This document shows, one piece after another, positions 37,681-48,993 of a stretch of 64,000 nucleotides of DNA. The DNA lies in contig QPGO01000073.1 in the NCBI GenBank assembly GCA_008632985.1, forward strand, positions 124,001 through 188,000, given 5' to 3'. Within the stretch, counting starts at the first letter, position 1; every line of letters begins with the position of its first letter. The position numbers and the translations under genes were made by a program. This DNA comes from Psammoneis japonica. Lineage: Eukaryota. Below the pieces are notes generated by a model, which was given only the letters and a program-made list of their open reading frames with translations, did not search any database and was not told the origin of the DNA.

Positions 37681-39124
37681 CATCCAGCGAATGGCACTCT
37701 TGCTAGACTGCAGAGCTGAATGTTGCATGTTGGACTCAATGGATGTGAAGCGAGCACATGCAAATGCTCCAGCATTTGCACAAAAACTGTCAAAACAATT
37801 GAGATCTAGACATCTCACACAAAAGCAAGAATGACCCTCACGGAAATTTTACGCAAAAAATGACATGGCCATGGCAATGAAAGTCGCTCACATTGCTCCC
37901 ACAGTTTGACATGCTGCAAAAGCAAGGCATGAATCAACGCGCATTGTCAAGCAGATGTCAAATGACAACAATGTGTGCAATCGGTGGCAACCTTGGTGCT
38001 CAAATCGAAGGCGCACTCTTGACACCAAAAATGACCCTGCAGAAACCCACACAAATTCTGCACAAAAATGAAATCACCAATCAATGACCCTGTTACAAAC
38101 GGCAACCGATGACGCTGCACATGCCATGTCTACAATCAACCAACACATCACGAGGTTTGTCAGACAATGAAGGATGCGACCATGCCAACAAAAGTGGCGT
38201 GCCACACAAACGGCAATGACAGTGAGTGGGTCATTGTCGATGTGGCACATTTCTGCAACTCGACTGCCACGGATTGAGAATTTCACACTCTGGGGGCAAA
38301 AGCAAAGACACACAGGCAGACAAAAAATGCATGACCGAAGGTCATGCATGTTGGTGCGAATGGTGGAGGCAGTTCACTTGGTGTGCATGTTCCACACATT
38401 TTTGCTCAATTTTGAAATTTTGACTGTGCGCGATGGAGTGCGACTGCAGCAGGATGAGAACAGACAGTGATGTTGAAAGTGGGGCACGGGTGCACGAGAT
38501 GGATCGGATGTGGATGCCGGCAGTGGTGGCTTGTGAGCCATGAAGGGAAAATGATCTGTTGACACTGCATTGCAACAACCCCTGTGGTGAGAAATGCAAG
38601 AAAAAGTTGCGTGGCATGCCACCAGAGCATGTTCAATGCATGAAGTGCACGACTTTTTGCTTCGTTGTCTCGAGACAAGCTTGACACTGGGCTGCACTTG
38701 AGTGGTCCAAAGGTTGGGCACTTGTCAATTGATTGGCATTACATTCATGCAGCACAGCAAAAAGATTCGATTCAACAAGACTGCCATGGTGGGTCATTAG
38801 AAGAACCAGACTGCCACTGCAGTTGACCAATGACATCACATGTGTGGAGTGCGGCAGCCACACAGCTCTGCTCTCTCTCTCTCTCTGCTCCAGCTGGCTG
38901 GCTCTGGCAGCCCTGGCTGGCTGGCTAGAGGGCTCTGCTCTGGCCAGCAGCCAGTGTGGCAGAGAGGCCCTCCACTCTCTCTCTCTCTCTCAAACGAACG
39001 ATCAAAATTGGCGAAGCCATTTTCCATCAAATGTGACAAACAATGGCAGTCAAGTGGCTGAGGCAGAGCCACTTAATCAGGTGTTTGTCCAACTGTTTCA
39101 GCAAATGGCAGGCACAACAACCTT

Positions 39125-39172
39125 GGCCGAAGTCAGGAGAACAAGACTTTCACGGTGGCTTCATCAGCGGCC
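39125..39172 (-). ncRNA. Type I hammerhead ribozyme motif, pLTR copy 1
   Basis: Minus strand: GGCCG CUGAUGA A GCCACCGU GAAA GUC-(10 nt)-GAC UU CGGCC. Conserved core boxes; stems I and III pair. Confidence 0.75.
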
Positions 39173-39417
39173 GGCTGTTGTTGTTGATGTGCGGTGGGCG
39201 TTGTTGCATTAAAAAGATCCAAAGAAGGACAGAAAGGTTGATTAAATTGATTCAATTCAAGTTGTTGTCTCTCTCTCTCTCGAATGAGAACGATCAAAAT
39301 TGGCAAAGCCAATTTTCTGTCAAATGTGACAAACAACAGCAATGCAAGCAGCCAAGGTGGAGCCACTCAATCGGATGTTTGTCCAACTGTTTCATCAACA
39401 GCAGGCACAACAACGTT

Positions 39418-39465
39418 GGCCAAAGTCAGGAGAGTGAGACTTTCGCGGTGGCTTCATCAGTGGCC
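39418..39465 (-). ncRNA. Type I hammerhead ribozyme motif, pLTR copy 2 (best preserved)
   Basis: Minus strand: GGCCA CUGAUGA A GC-CACC-GC GAAA GUC-UCACUCUCCU-GAC UU UGGCC. Confidence 0.8.
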
Positions 39466-42400
39466 GGCTGTTGTTGTTAACGTGTGGTGGGCGTTGTTGC
39501 ATTAAAAAGATCCAAAGAAGGACAGACGGGTTGATTAAATTGACAATCCAACAGGACAAAACAGGGGGGCCATGGGAGACTCGGAGCACACGGTGGGAAA
39601 GGAGATTTCCAAGATTGCAGGAGCGACAGCAACAAACAATCATGTGGTTGAGGCCGATGTGTTGTCGGGCGTGATTTCGAAGGTTTGAGAGAGGTTGTGA
39701 GCAGGGAGGGTTGGCCATTGCACCTTTCCACAATTTCCACAGTTCACTGGATGGCGGGTTGTTTGGATGGCAAGGAAGGTGCAGGAAGATTGGGTTTGAC
39801 TGGGGCTCTTCTGTTGTTCCATCAGCATTGCCAAAGATGAGGTCATGTGCTTTTCAGAAGAGCGGTTGTAGTTTGCTGGGTTTGCAACCCCGGGCTTGCA
39901 GTCAAAGGCAGAGCAGGCTTGCTTTTGCTTTTGCGTGGTGGTGTCGGAGCACAGGTTTTTAAAGCGGCGGAGCACACCCATGATGAGGCCGGTGAGTGCT
40001 CCAGGTGGGTGAGCTGAGTGAGGTTGGATGTGCACACACAGATTCATTTCTTTTTCATAGAGGGTGGTGTGGATGTGGGGGCCTTGGAGCAAGATCATCA
40101 GGCCCATGAAGTTAACTTGGTGGCTTCGTGGGCTTGTGATCCATGCAATGTCAAGTCATTCAGTCTGGAGGTGAATGCTTCCCAGGTGGCAGCGTCAGTG
40201 GCAGTGTCAGTGATGTGCCAAATGCTGAAGACGTCATCAACAAATCGTTTGCAATGAAAAAGCTGGGAGCTGAACTCCTCCAGGAGCATGTCTTGTGGAG
40301 TGCGCAGTGCAAGGTGGTGCACGGAGGGGCGGGTGGTGTGCCCATGGCGGCTCCGTTGCGCTGGTGCCAAGTGGTGTCTCCGAAGGTGAGCACATTGTTT
40401 TCCATCACAATTTGGAGTGCTTTGATGAGGGCATCCATTGGCATGTCGCCACATTCGTGTTCATGACGTCGGAGGCAGAAGGCAATCAATCGAAGTGCTT
40501 TTCTGGCAGGCATGTTAGAGCAGCAGGCCTCGGCATCAGATGTGAAGAGGAGGCAATGCAGTGGCGTTTCCATTTGGATGAGTGCTTGTTTCAGGTCCAG
40601 GGAGCTCTTGAAGTGTGGTCATTGGCGGCGAGCAACTTTCTGGAGCTTGTCATCCACCCACATGCCTGAGCCGTAGAGCAGGCTGCTGCTGGTGGAGACG
40701 ATCGGTCGGGATCGGAGCGGAGGGGGCTTGTGCACCTTTGGAGCAAGGCAGAAGATGGGGAACGGGTCTTTGTCAGTTTCAAGACAATGTTTCAGACACT
40801 TGCGTTCCATCGGGGCAAGGCTGGTTTTACATGTCTTGAGCCAGTCATTGAGGAGGTTTTTGATGCGGTGTTCTTGGGTTCTAGCTTCAAACTTGCTCAA
40901 AAATCGACACGCGTTGGCGTCGTTGAGATGATTGCGAAATGCCATCTTGATGCATTTGGTCTTTTTGATGATGGCCGGGCCCCAGGTTCTTGTTGCATTG
41001 GGCTGTTGTGAAGTCGTCTTGTTTGCAAAGAAAGGCCAGGGCACATTGTTGGTGAGGCAGCAGGTTGGTTCTGCCACGGCGTTTCACAAAGAGGTCAGCA
41101 ACTTGTGACTTAAAAGTGGTGCATCGATGGGTGACAATGTTGGTGAGTTTCCAGGAAGGGGGGGTCCAGCTGGAATGGAGGCACATCCTGGCATTGCAAC
41201 CTCCGTCGTTGTTGTTGACAGGTGCACTGGTAAAGCAACCTCGTTTGTCAAGGTCTTGTTTGAATCTTCCAAGTGCATGTTCTTGGATCTTGGAGGACTT
41301 CCCATTGTTGGTGAAGCATGGAGCAGGAACAAATTTCAAGCTGAGACCAAGCAGTGATTGGAGGTTCTTTGGTGGTTGTTTGGTGGTGGTGCAATCATGG
41401 AAGGCAAGGTGTGAAGGCCTGTCAAAGTGGCGCCAGGCAGGCATGTGTCGCAGGTGGGTGCAGGCATTGTGTCGGATTGTGTGAGATGGGTCGGCGACGA
41501 ATCCGTGTGTGTGATGGACTCGGCGCTCTGTTGCCTCCAGTGCCTGTTCCAATTGTTGTTGGAGCACTGCTGCTTCTTTTTCGATTGCTGTTTCGATTTG
41601 GCGCGGTGGCGATTGTTTTTGTTTGCACTTGTGGTGTCATTGTTGGCATCGTCGACTTTGCGGTCGCGTTGAGCACGTTGTTTCTTCATGCGAGCCGATG
41701 AGGCACCTTTGCCCTTTTCTTTTTGTGATGAGGCGCGGCGGTGTAGTTTGGCCCCTCGGGTTGTTTGACTGCTGTGCTTTGATGGACTTGAGGTGTTGAG
41801 CAAGCGTGTTGACCTGTTGGGAGAGTTTTTTGGTGTTTTTCTTGGTCTCCTTGCGGATGAGCTCTTGGAGGGTGGGAGGGTCGACTGCAGCTTTGCCATC
41901 AATTTCCATGTTTGCACTCTCCGCAGCCTTGGTGTTGAAGTGTTCCTTGTTGAGTTTCTTCAATTGGAGGCTGATGTCGTGTTTCTGTTTGGATGCTGGG
42001 TGGGCAGTCCAGGGAGACATGAAGATGCATTCAAGCACCCGGAAGATCTTGCTGAGTTCAGTCTCGATTTTCTGTTGCACGGCGGTGATTTGTGGAGCGG
42101 CGGGTGCTGGTGCTGTTTCTTGTGTGAGGAACAAGGAGTCACCAGCTCGGTCGTCTTGAGTTTGAGACTGTCAAGCGGTTGGAGCAACCAGCGGTTGCGG
42201 CAGATCAGCAACGGCATTTGCTGTGTTGCATTTGGTGAGAAACGCGTTGAGGTTCTCGACCTTGACACATTTTAGCAGCATTTCATGGTGGCGGTCAAGT
42301 GGGGTGACCACTGCGGTGTCGACAGGTGTGGTGATGCTGTTGGCCACAGCGAAACTTTTGGTTGCGAGTCGGATGGCTTTTGTGCAGGACTTAAAAAATT

Positions 42401-42797
42401 CTTCTTGGATGATGTTGAGTTTGATCCTGGTGGCTTGGACAACTTGCTTTTTGAAGGCTTTTTGGGTGGCAGAGATGAGATTGTTGGTTTCCTCCTGCAG
42501 AGCTAAAAACTCCTGGCTCTGTTCAGCGGTTTTCGACATTTGGAATTCGAAATTGATTCGGGCTGAGTTTGGGGATGAACTCTTCATCGCTTTCCATCCA
42601 TTGGATGTGAAAGGCCTTGTCATGGGCCTCAGCTTGCAATTGGATTTGGTTGATGGCAAGCTTCTCAAGGATGGTGGCTGTTTCTGGTTGGAGTGACACG
42701 ACATGGTCCCTGATGCGTTGGGTGGTGGCAGCAAGGGGTGTCCTTGTTTGCTGGTTGGCTGGGTTCACCGCAGTTGAATCGAAACACACACGATGTT

Positions 42798-42845
42798 GGC
42801 CAAAGTCAGGAGAGTGAGACTTTTGCGGCAGCTTCATCAGCGGCC
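42798..42845 (-). ncRNA. Type I hammerhead ribozyme motif, 5' pLTR (core damaged, GAAA->AAAA)
   Basis: Minus strand: GGCCG CUGAUGA A GCUGCCGC AAAA GUC-UCACUCUCCU-GAC UU UGGCC. The G loss is a CpG->CpA change. Confidence 0.68.
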
Positions 42846-42943
42846 GGCTGTTGTTGTCAACGTGCAGTGGGCGTTGTTGCATTGAAAAGATCCAAAGAAG
42901 GACAGACAGGTTGACCAAATTGATTCAATTCAAGTCAAGTTGT

Positions 42944-42979
<36 letters not shown>

Positions 42980-45099
42980 CATCCGAAGAAGGACAGACAG
43001 GTTGATTAAATTGACCCAATTCAAATCAAGTTGTTGTCTCTCTCTCTCTCTCTCTCTCGAATGATCAAAATTTCTCTCTCTCTCTCTCTCAGTGGCCTCC
43101 ATGTTTGCAATCTGACAGGACGAAACTGGGGGGCATGGGAGACTGGAGTGTGCGGCACGAAAGGAGATTTCCAAGGTTGTGGGAGCAACTGCAGCAGACA
43201 ATCATGCGGTCAAGGCCGATGCATTGTTGGGCGCAGTTTTGAAGGATTGAGAGGGGCTGTGAGCAGGAAGGGTTGGCCATTGCACCTTTCCACAATTTCT
43301 GCAGTTCACTTGATGGTGGGTCATTTGGGTGACAGGGAAGGTGCAGGAAAATTGGGTTCGACTGGGGCTTTTCTGCTGTTCTGCAGCATTGCCGAAGTTG
43401 AGGTTGTGCACTTTTTGGAAGAGTGGTTGCAGTTTGCCAGGTTTGCAGTCTCTGGCTTGCAGTTGGAGGCAGAGCAGGTTCATTTTTGCTTTTGCGTCGG
43501 CAGTGTTGGAGCACAGGTTTTTAAAGCGGTGAAGCATGCCCATGATGAGGCTGGCGAGTGCTCCAGGCGGGTGAGCAGAGTGAGGTGGGACACACATGCA
43601 GAGGTTCATTTCTTTTTCATAGAGGGCAGTGTGAATGTTGGGGCCTTGGAGCAAGATCATCAGGTCCATGAAGTTGACTTGGTGGCTTCGTGGGCTTGTG
43701 ATCCATGTGATGTCGAAGTCATTGAGCCTGGAGGCAAATGCTTCCCAGGTGGCAGCATCAGCGGCAGTGTCAGCAATGTGCCAAATGCCGAAGACGTCAT
43801 CAATGAATTGTTTGCAATGAAAAAGCTGGGAGCCAAACTCCTCCAGGAGCATGTCTTCATGAAGTGCACAGCACAAAGTGGCACGCGGAGGGGCGGGTGG
43901 TGTGCCCATGGCGGTTCCGTTGCACTGGTGCCAGGCAGTGTCTCCGAAGGTGACACATTGTTTTCCATCACAATTTGGAGGGCTTTGATGAGGGCATCCA
44001 TTGGCACGTCGTCACATTCGTGTTCATGATGTCAGAGGCAGGAAGCAATCAATCGAAGGGCTTTTTTGGTGGGCATGTTGGAGCAGCAGGCCTCAGCGTT
44101 GGATGTGAAGAGGAGGCAGTTCGATGGCGTTTCCATTTGGATGAGTGCTTGTTTCAGGTCCAGAGAGCTCTTGAAGCATGATCGTCGGCGGCGAGCAACT
44201 TTCTGGAGCTTGTCATCCACCCAGATGCCCAAGCCATGGAGCAGGCTGCCGCCAGCAGAGACGATCAGTCGGGGTCAAAGCAGAGGGGCAAAGTGCACCT
44301 TTGGAGCAAGGCAGAAGATGGGGAATGGGTCTTCATCAGTTTCAAGGCAATGTTTCAGGTGCTTGTGTTCCATCAGAGTGAGGCCATTTTTGTGTTCCTT
44401 GAGCCAGTCACTGAGGACTCTCTCTCTCTCCAGTGGCTAGAGGGCAGGTGCTTGTGGCACAGCTGCTCTCTCTCCACTGGCAGTGGTGCAGCAGTGGCCT
44501 GCACAAGGCCACACAATTTCAAAATTTTGAGGCGTGCGCAGGGGCCGTGCATGCGGCCATGGAAGATTTTGTGCAAGCAGTCTCGCGCCCCACAGAAAGC
44601 CCTGCAGACACGCATCATGCTCAACTTCATTTGCTGGGGGAGTTTGCCAGTGTCCATCCGCCCAAAATCAATCGCTGTCAGACTGCGCTGCACAGAATGT
44701 GGTGCATTTCCAATGATGAGAGAACAAATTCAAAATTTGTCAATGGCAAAATTGGCGCTCATCTCTGTGATGCTCATTTCAAAGACGATCGGGTCCACAA
44801 CACCAACAACCCCCATCCTGTGACTGACACGTGTGTGTTGTGAAGCCATGGTGAGAAAATTGATCATGTTAAGTTGTGTTTGTGCACCATGTGGTGCAGA
44901 GTCATGTTTTGATGTTTTTGGGGTGGTGTCTGCCCTTGTGTTGCCTGCTCACAGTCGTTTGCTTCATCTCATGTTCTAGAGCAAGGTGCTGACATTGCAT
45001 TTTTTGCAGCATTGATGCTTTGTGAGTGCGTTGGATTGAGTTGTGGATTGTGGGGGCATCCTCAGTGACCAGCGCTGCTGATCATTCAGGGACACAGCA

Positions 45100-45590
45100 T
45101 GCAGGAACCGCTTCATGTCGACAGTGCACAAGAGCTGGACTTGGAACTTGACAAAACAACTCTGGAATGACTCACATGGAACGATTGTGGAGTGCTGTTG
45201 TGTGTTTGAATCATCTGTCAATGCATCCTTGCAGTTGAGCGTTGATCTCGCGGTCTAGCATGTCTCCCTCGTGGTTGGGTGCGCAGGAACCACTTCATGT
45301 CGACAATGCACGAGAGCTGGACTTGGAGCTCTGGAGTGACTTTGTGGAACAATTGTGCAGTGCCATCATGCATTTGAATCATCTGTCAATGCATCCTTGC
45401 AGTTGAGCATCAATCTCGTGGTCTTGCGTCTCATCCTCGTGGTTGGGCACGCAGGAACCTCTTTCACGTCAACAGCGCACAAAAGAGCTGGACCTGGAAC
45501 TCGACAAAATAACCTGGAGTGACTTTTGTGGAGTGTTGTTGTGCATTTGAATCATCTGTTCATGCATCCTTGCCATTGAGCACTGTCAAT
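45100..45590. repeat. Three diverged tandem copies of a ~170-180-bp unit
   Basis: GCAGGAACC...AGAGCTGGAC...TTTGAATCATCTGT.ATGCATCCTTGC recurs at ~45101, ~45283 and ~45451. Confidence 0.85.
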
Positions 45591-46198
45591 CTTGTGTCTC
45601 GTCCTTGTTGCTGGCATGCTGCAACCATGTCGAGTCGATTGTGTGCGATGGTTTGACGTGGGAACACAACAAAAACAGTTGGAATGATTTTTGCATTTGC
45701 CATTTTGACACAATTGATTTGTTCCATCACATTTTGGGCTCATTTGGTGACACATCCTTGTGGTCTAGCGTGATTTGCATCGCACCCTCGTTCATGGATG
45801 TGTCTGCCAGAAAACCCGCTGTGTCGATTTTGTGCCATTGCTCTGCTTGGAACCCAACAACAACTGGAGTGTGTCAGTTTGGTCTGGGGTTGTTTGGTTG
45901 TGCGAAGATTTTTGTCTGGTGAAACAAAAACTGTGATTGGAGGCAGCAACACATGTGGTTGGGTTGCTGTGCCAATCTTCAGTCTTTTTGCACGCAACAA
46001 CTTTGAGACTGTGAAACCCTTCTAAACCAACCAAAGTGTCATTTTAAGAAGCACAGTCACATTGTTCAGTGATGAATTTCATGTTGAAAGTTGGACTTGG
46101 AGAGTCGCATCATGCTGTGCCCTGCAGCAACAGTGTGCTGTGATTGTGCAAAATTGTGACATCCCCCCAGCAAATGGAGTCAAGCGTGACTCGCGCTC

Positions 46199-47606
46199 CT
46201 GGCACTGTCAATCCCGTCTGACCGTTGCCACCAAAAAATTTTCAGCACGTGAAAAAAAAGTTTTTTTTTGTGGAACGAATCCACCATGGCAACATCTCAA
46301 GCAGCTCCAACGGGCCATTGCGGCCTCTCCATGAACCAATGCGGAGCGACGCCGACATTTTCTCTTCCCACATTGAGTGGTGTGCGTCAAGAGGATGTCT
46401 CCAACGTGGGGAGATGTGTTGGTGCTCGACAATGCTTCGACTCACCTCTGCTGCCGTGAGTCGGAATCTCTTGATGAGTGGCTTTTTGATGAGTTTGGCA
46501 CATTGCTTCTGTTCCCACCAACTTGCTCCCCCAAGTTGAATCCCATGGAGAAAATGTGGCTCACATTGGCACAGCAACTCAAAAGCTGGGACCTTCACGG
46601 TCCGTGTCCGGTGCGAGATGCAGCAGCACACGCTGCTGCAGCCATCATGGATTCGTTCATGCATGATGATGTTGCTGTGGTGCATGCTCTTTGTGGCTGC
46701 CCGCAAGCCAACTGGATCACTGCCAAAACAACAACAGATTGCAATTTCGATTTTGACAACTGGAGCACAAAAAGACATCGATCTGCTTGGAGCGCTCGTC
46801 CACTCAAACAATCTTGTGGCCTGGATCGTGGCTGCAGCAGCATCTTCCACTCAAACACAACACAGCATTCTTTTCTCCACACTGTTGATGCAATCAATGA
46901 AGAAGCTGCAAGCTTTTCGCATTCCATGTTGTCGCAGACTCCCACACTCCATTTGGGCAACATCTTGAATGCACGTTCACTGCACTGAGGTTGGAAAGAT
47001 CAACGCTTGAGTCTTGCTTCCATCAAAAAACAAACAATCAATCTCAACACATGACACCCAAATCAGATCACTCATCACTGGCCACATCATTGTCGGGCAC
47101 CACATTGGATCCTTGCGAAAGCCCAAACTCGCACATGTCATCTCCTGCCTCCTCGTTGATCGGATCGAACTGCTCCTGCATGTTGCGGGCTCTTTCCTCC
47201 TTTTCATGCTGCAATGCAGCCCATGCCCAGGCATGCAAACTTGTTCAACACATAAAAAGACATTGTTGGACAGCGAGCCATGTGGGGAGAAACCTGTTTG
47301 CAGCACAAACAAACGACTTTCGTCGATTTCACGGCATGCAAACAACAATTTGCACATTTTGTGACAATTCTCTCTCTCTATTGGAACATGCCTTGACAGC
47401 TCTTTCGCATTGCAGCTTTGTCAATCATACAAAGACGTTTACAAAACGCCCCTGGACGTCTCTGGGCGTTGCCTGGTTGCTAAGAAAACACACCGAAAGT
47501 TGTCTGATGGCATGATTGCTTGATTCGTTCCACAAAAAAAAACTTTTCTTTCACGCGGTGAAAATTTTTTTGGTGGCCACGGTCAGACGGGATCGACAAT
47601 GCACCG
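46199..47606 (+). mobile_element. Internally deleted IS630/Tc1-mariner element with ~85-bp TIRs
   Basis: Inverted repeats at ~46199-46281 and 47522-47606, the right one followed by TA. DDE_3 remnant LVLDNASTH...LLLFPPTCSPKLNPMEKMWLTLAQQLK at ~46410-46585. Confidence 0.8.
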
Positions 47607-47841
47607 TATGCGTGAGACGACGACTCGACTCCTCCCTTGTGATGATTTTTGAGGTGAAGCGACATGCTCACATTCTTTCAAAATTGTGCTTCACTACTCT
47701 AGCTACTCTCTAGAGGGAGAGTAAGTCAAACTCTAGAGAACAATATCGTATTGAGCAAAAGACTGCAAAGATCAAAGACATTATCGACCTTTAATTCACT
47801 CGGACGGCAATCTCTTTTCATAACCCAATTCAAACGACAAC

Positions 47842-48993
47842 ATGGGATCCGAAATGCACGTTGCTGACAATGATAGTGGCGTTTTGGAAACAATCATCAT
47901 GGGCAATGATGGTGCTTTTGTGGAATTGAGGAGCTTGATTCCTGACAACCAAAGCCATGAAAATCACGGCGAACCAACGCTGTGTTGCAGACGCAGGAAT
48001 CTTTGGGTGACGATGTCGTTCGTGTTCTCTGCATTGACGCTTTGGGTGACGATATCGTTCGTGTTCTCTACATTGACGTTCTCCCAGATATACGGCACGT
48101 CTGCTGAGAATCCGTCACTCAAACTTTTTCCCTTCACAAGTAGCATTCCATTTCGAGATCCGTCGAATCGTGCAAGGGTGCAGATTGAGAATTACAGAAG
48201 AGCAACCGGTTTGATGTTGAATGTTCACATTACTCATCATGGAGGAACGTCGTTTTGTCATTCGGTTGGTCATGCCAACGATACAGTGGGTGGTACTCCG
48301 CCGTTTGCATGCCTGGGTCTCAAGGATTTCAACGTGTCGGAAGACTATCCCAAGCCCGAGGAAACTCCCTGGAAACACAATGAAACTGCAAAGCACATTG
48401 CCACTGTACGGAAATACTTTCACATGATTTCTTGGGAATACTCATACTTGAATCCACCATCCACCCCCATTGCCGAAACTAATTTTGAAGATCCAAACCT
48501 TCTCTCTGTCATCGTTATGCGACATCCAATATCGAGGCTATTGGCTGGCGATGGGTGGGTTGCAAAAACTTATCCTGGTATTCGCAATGGCAATGCGACT
48601 CACGAGGAGTGGTGGGAGTATGCGCAAACAACGCATGGGAACACCAACAACTTTGCTCTCCGTGTCCTGGCCGGCAGGGAATGTTGTGATGGTGAAAAAA
48701 CTGATCCGAAACACTTGCAAGCAGCCAAGAATCTGATTGGGCGCTTTTCTATTGTCCTAGACATCGAATGTCTCGATGAAGGGATGAAGGCATTGACTGA
48801 TTTGTTGAACATCACCATGCAAAAAACCGGCAGGGAACGTCAGAAAAAGGTGCATAGCTCGCCACAAGAGCGCATTCGATACGATGACGTGTATGAATAT
48901 TTGCTTCGTCGCAACAAGCTTGACATTGAGCTGTATGAGTGGTCCAAGGGTTTGGCACTTGTCAATTGTTCGGCTCTGAATGCGTCTGTCTAA
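47842..48993 (+). CDS. Sulfotransferase-like type II membrane protein, copy B
   Basis: Intact 383-aa ORF nearly identical to 32037-33182, with a 2-aa insertion (EYSYLNPP vs EYSSPP) and scattered substitutions. Confidence 0.8.
   Translation: MGSEMHVADNDSGVLETIIMGNDGAFVELRSLIPDNQSHENHGEPTLCCRRRNLWVTMSFVFSALTLWVTISFVFSTLTFSQIYGTSAENPSLKLFPFTSSIPFRDPSNRARVQIENYRRATGLMLNVHITHHGGTSFCHSVGHANDTVGGTPPFACLGLKDFNVSEDYPKPEETPWKHNETAKHIATVRKYFHMISWEYSYLNPPSTPIAETNFEDPNLLSVIVMRHPISRLLAGDGWVAKTYPGIRNGNATHEEWWEYAQTTHGNTNNFALRVLAGRECCDGEKTDPKHLQAAKNLIGRFSIVLDIECLDEGMKALTDLLNITMQKTGRERQKKVHSSPQERIRYDDVYEYLLRRNKLDIELYEWSKGLALVNCSALNASV

Larger units (their letters stand above)
38992..44417 (-). mobile_element. 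Tandem array of endonuclease-deficient Penelope-like retroelements: 5'-truncated RT copy (44417-~43090), then pLTR, ORF1 (~42790-41570), RT (~41567-39570) and two pLTR copies
   Basis: PLE RT motifs in broken minus-strand frames: LLGLSLKFVPAP, CNKNLGPAII, PIFCLAPKVHK..RPIVS, DAEACCSNMP, GAAMGTPPAP, FIDDVFGIW, VNFMDL, LYEKEMNL..PPHSAHP, LHLPCHPND, NLGNLLS. No GIY-YIG region follows the RT. Helical Q/E/K-rich upstream ORF. Repeated ~280-bp terminal unit. Confidence 0.88.

Noticed and set aside
39151..42835. Using the hammerhead stem II loop variants (CA vs TG) as proof of a TA ancestor
   Set aside because: A CG ancestor explains both variants equally well.
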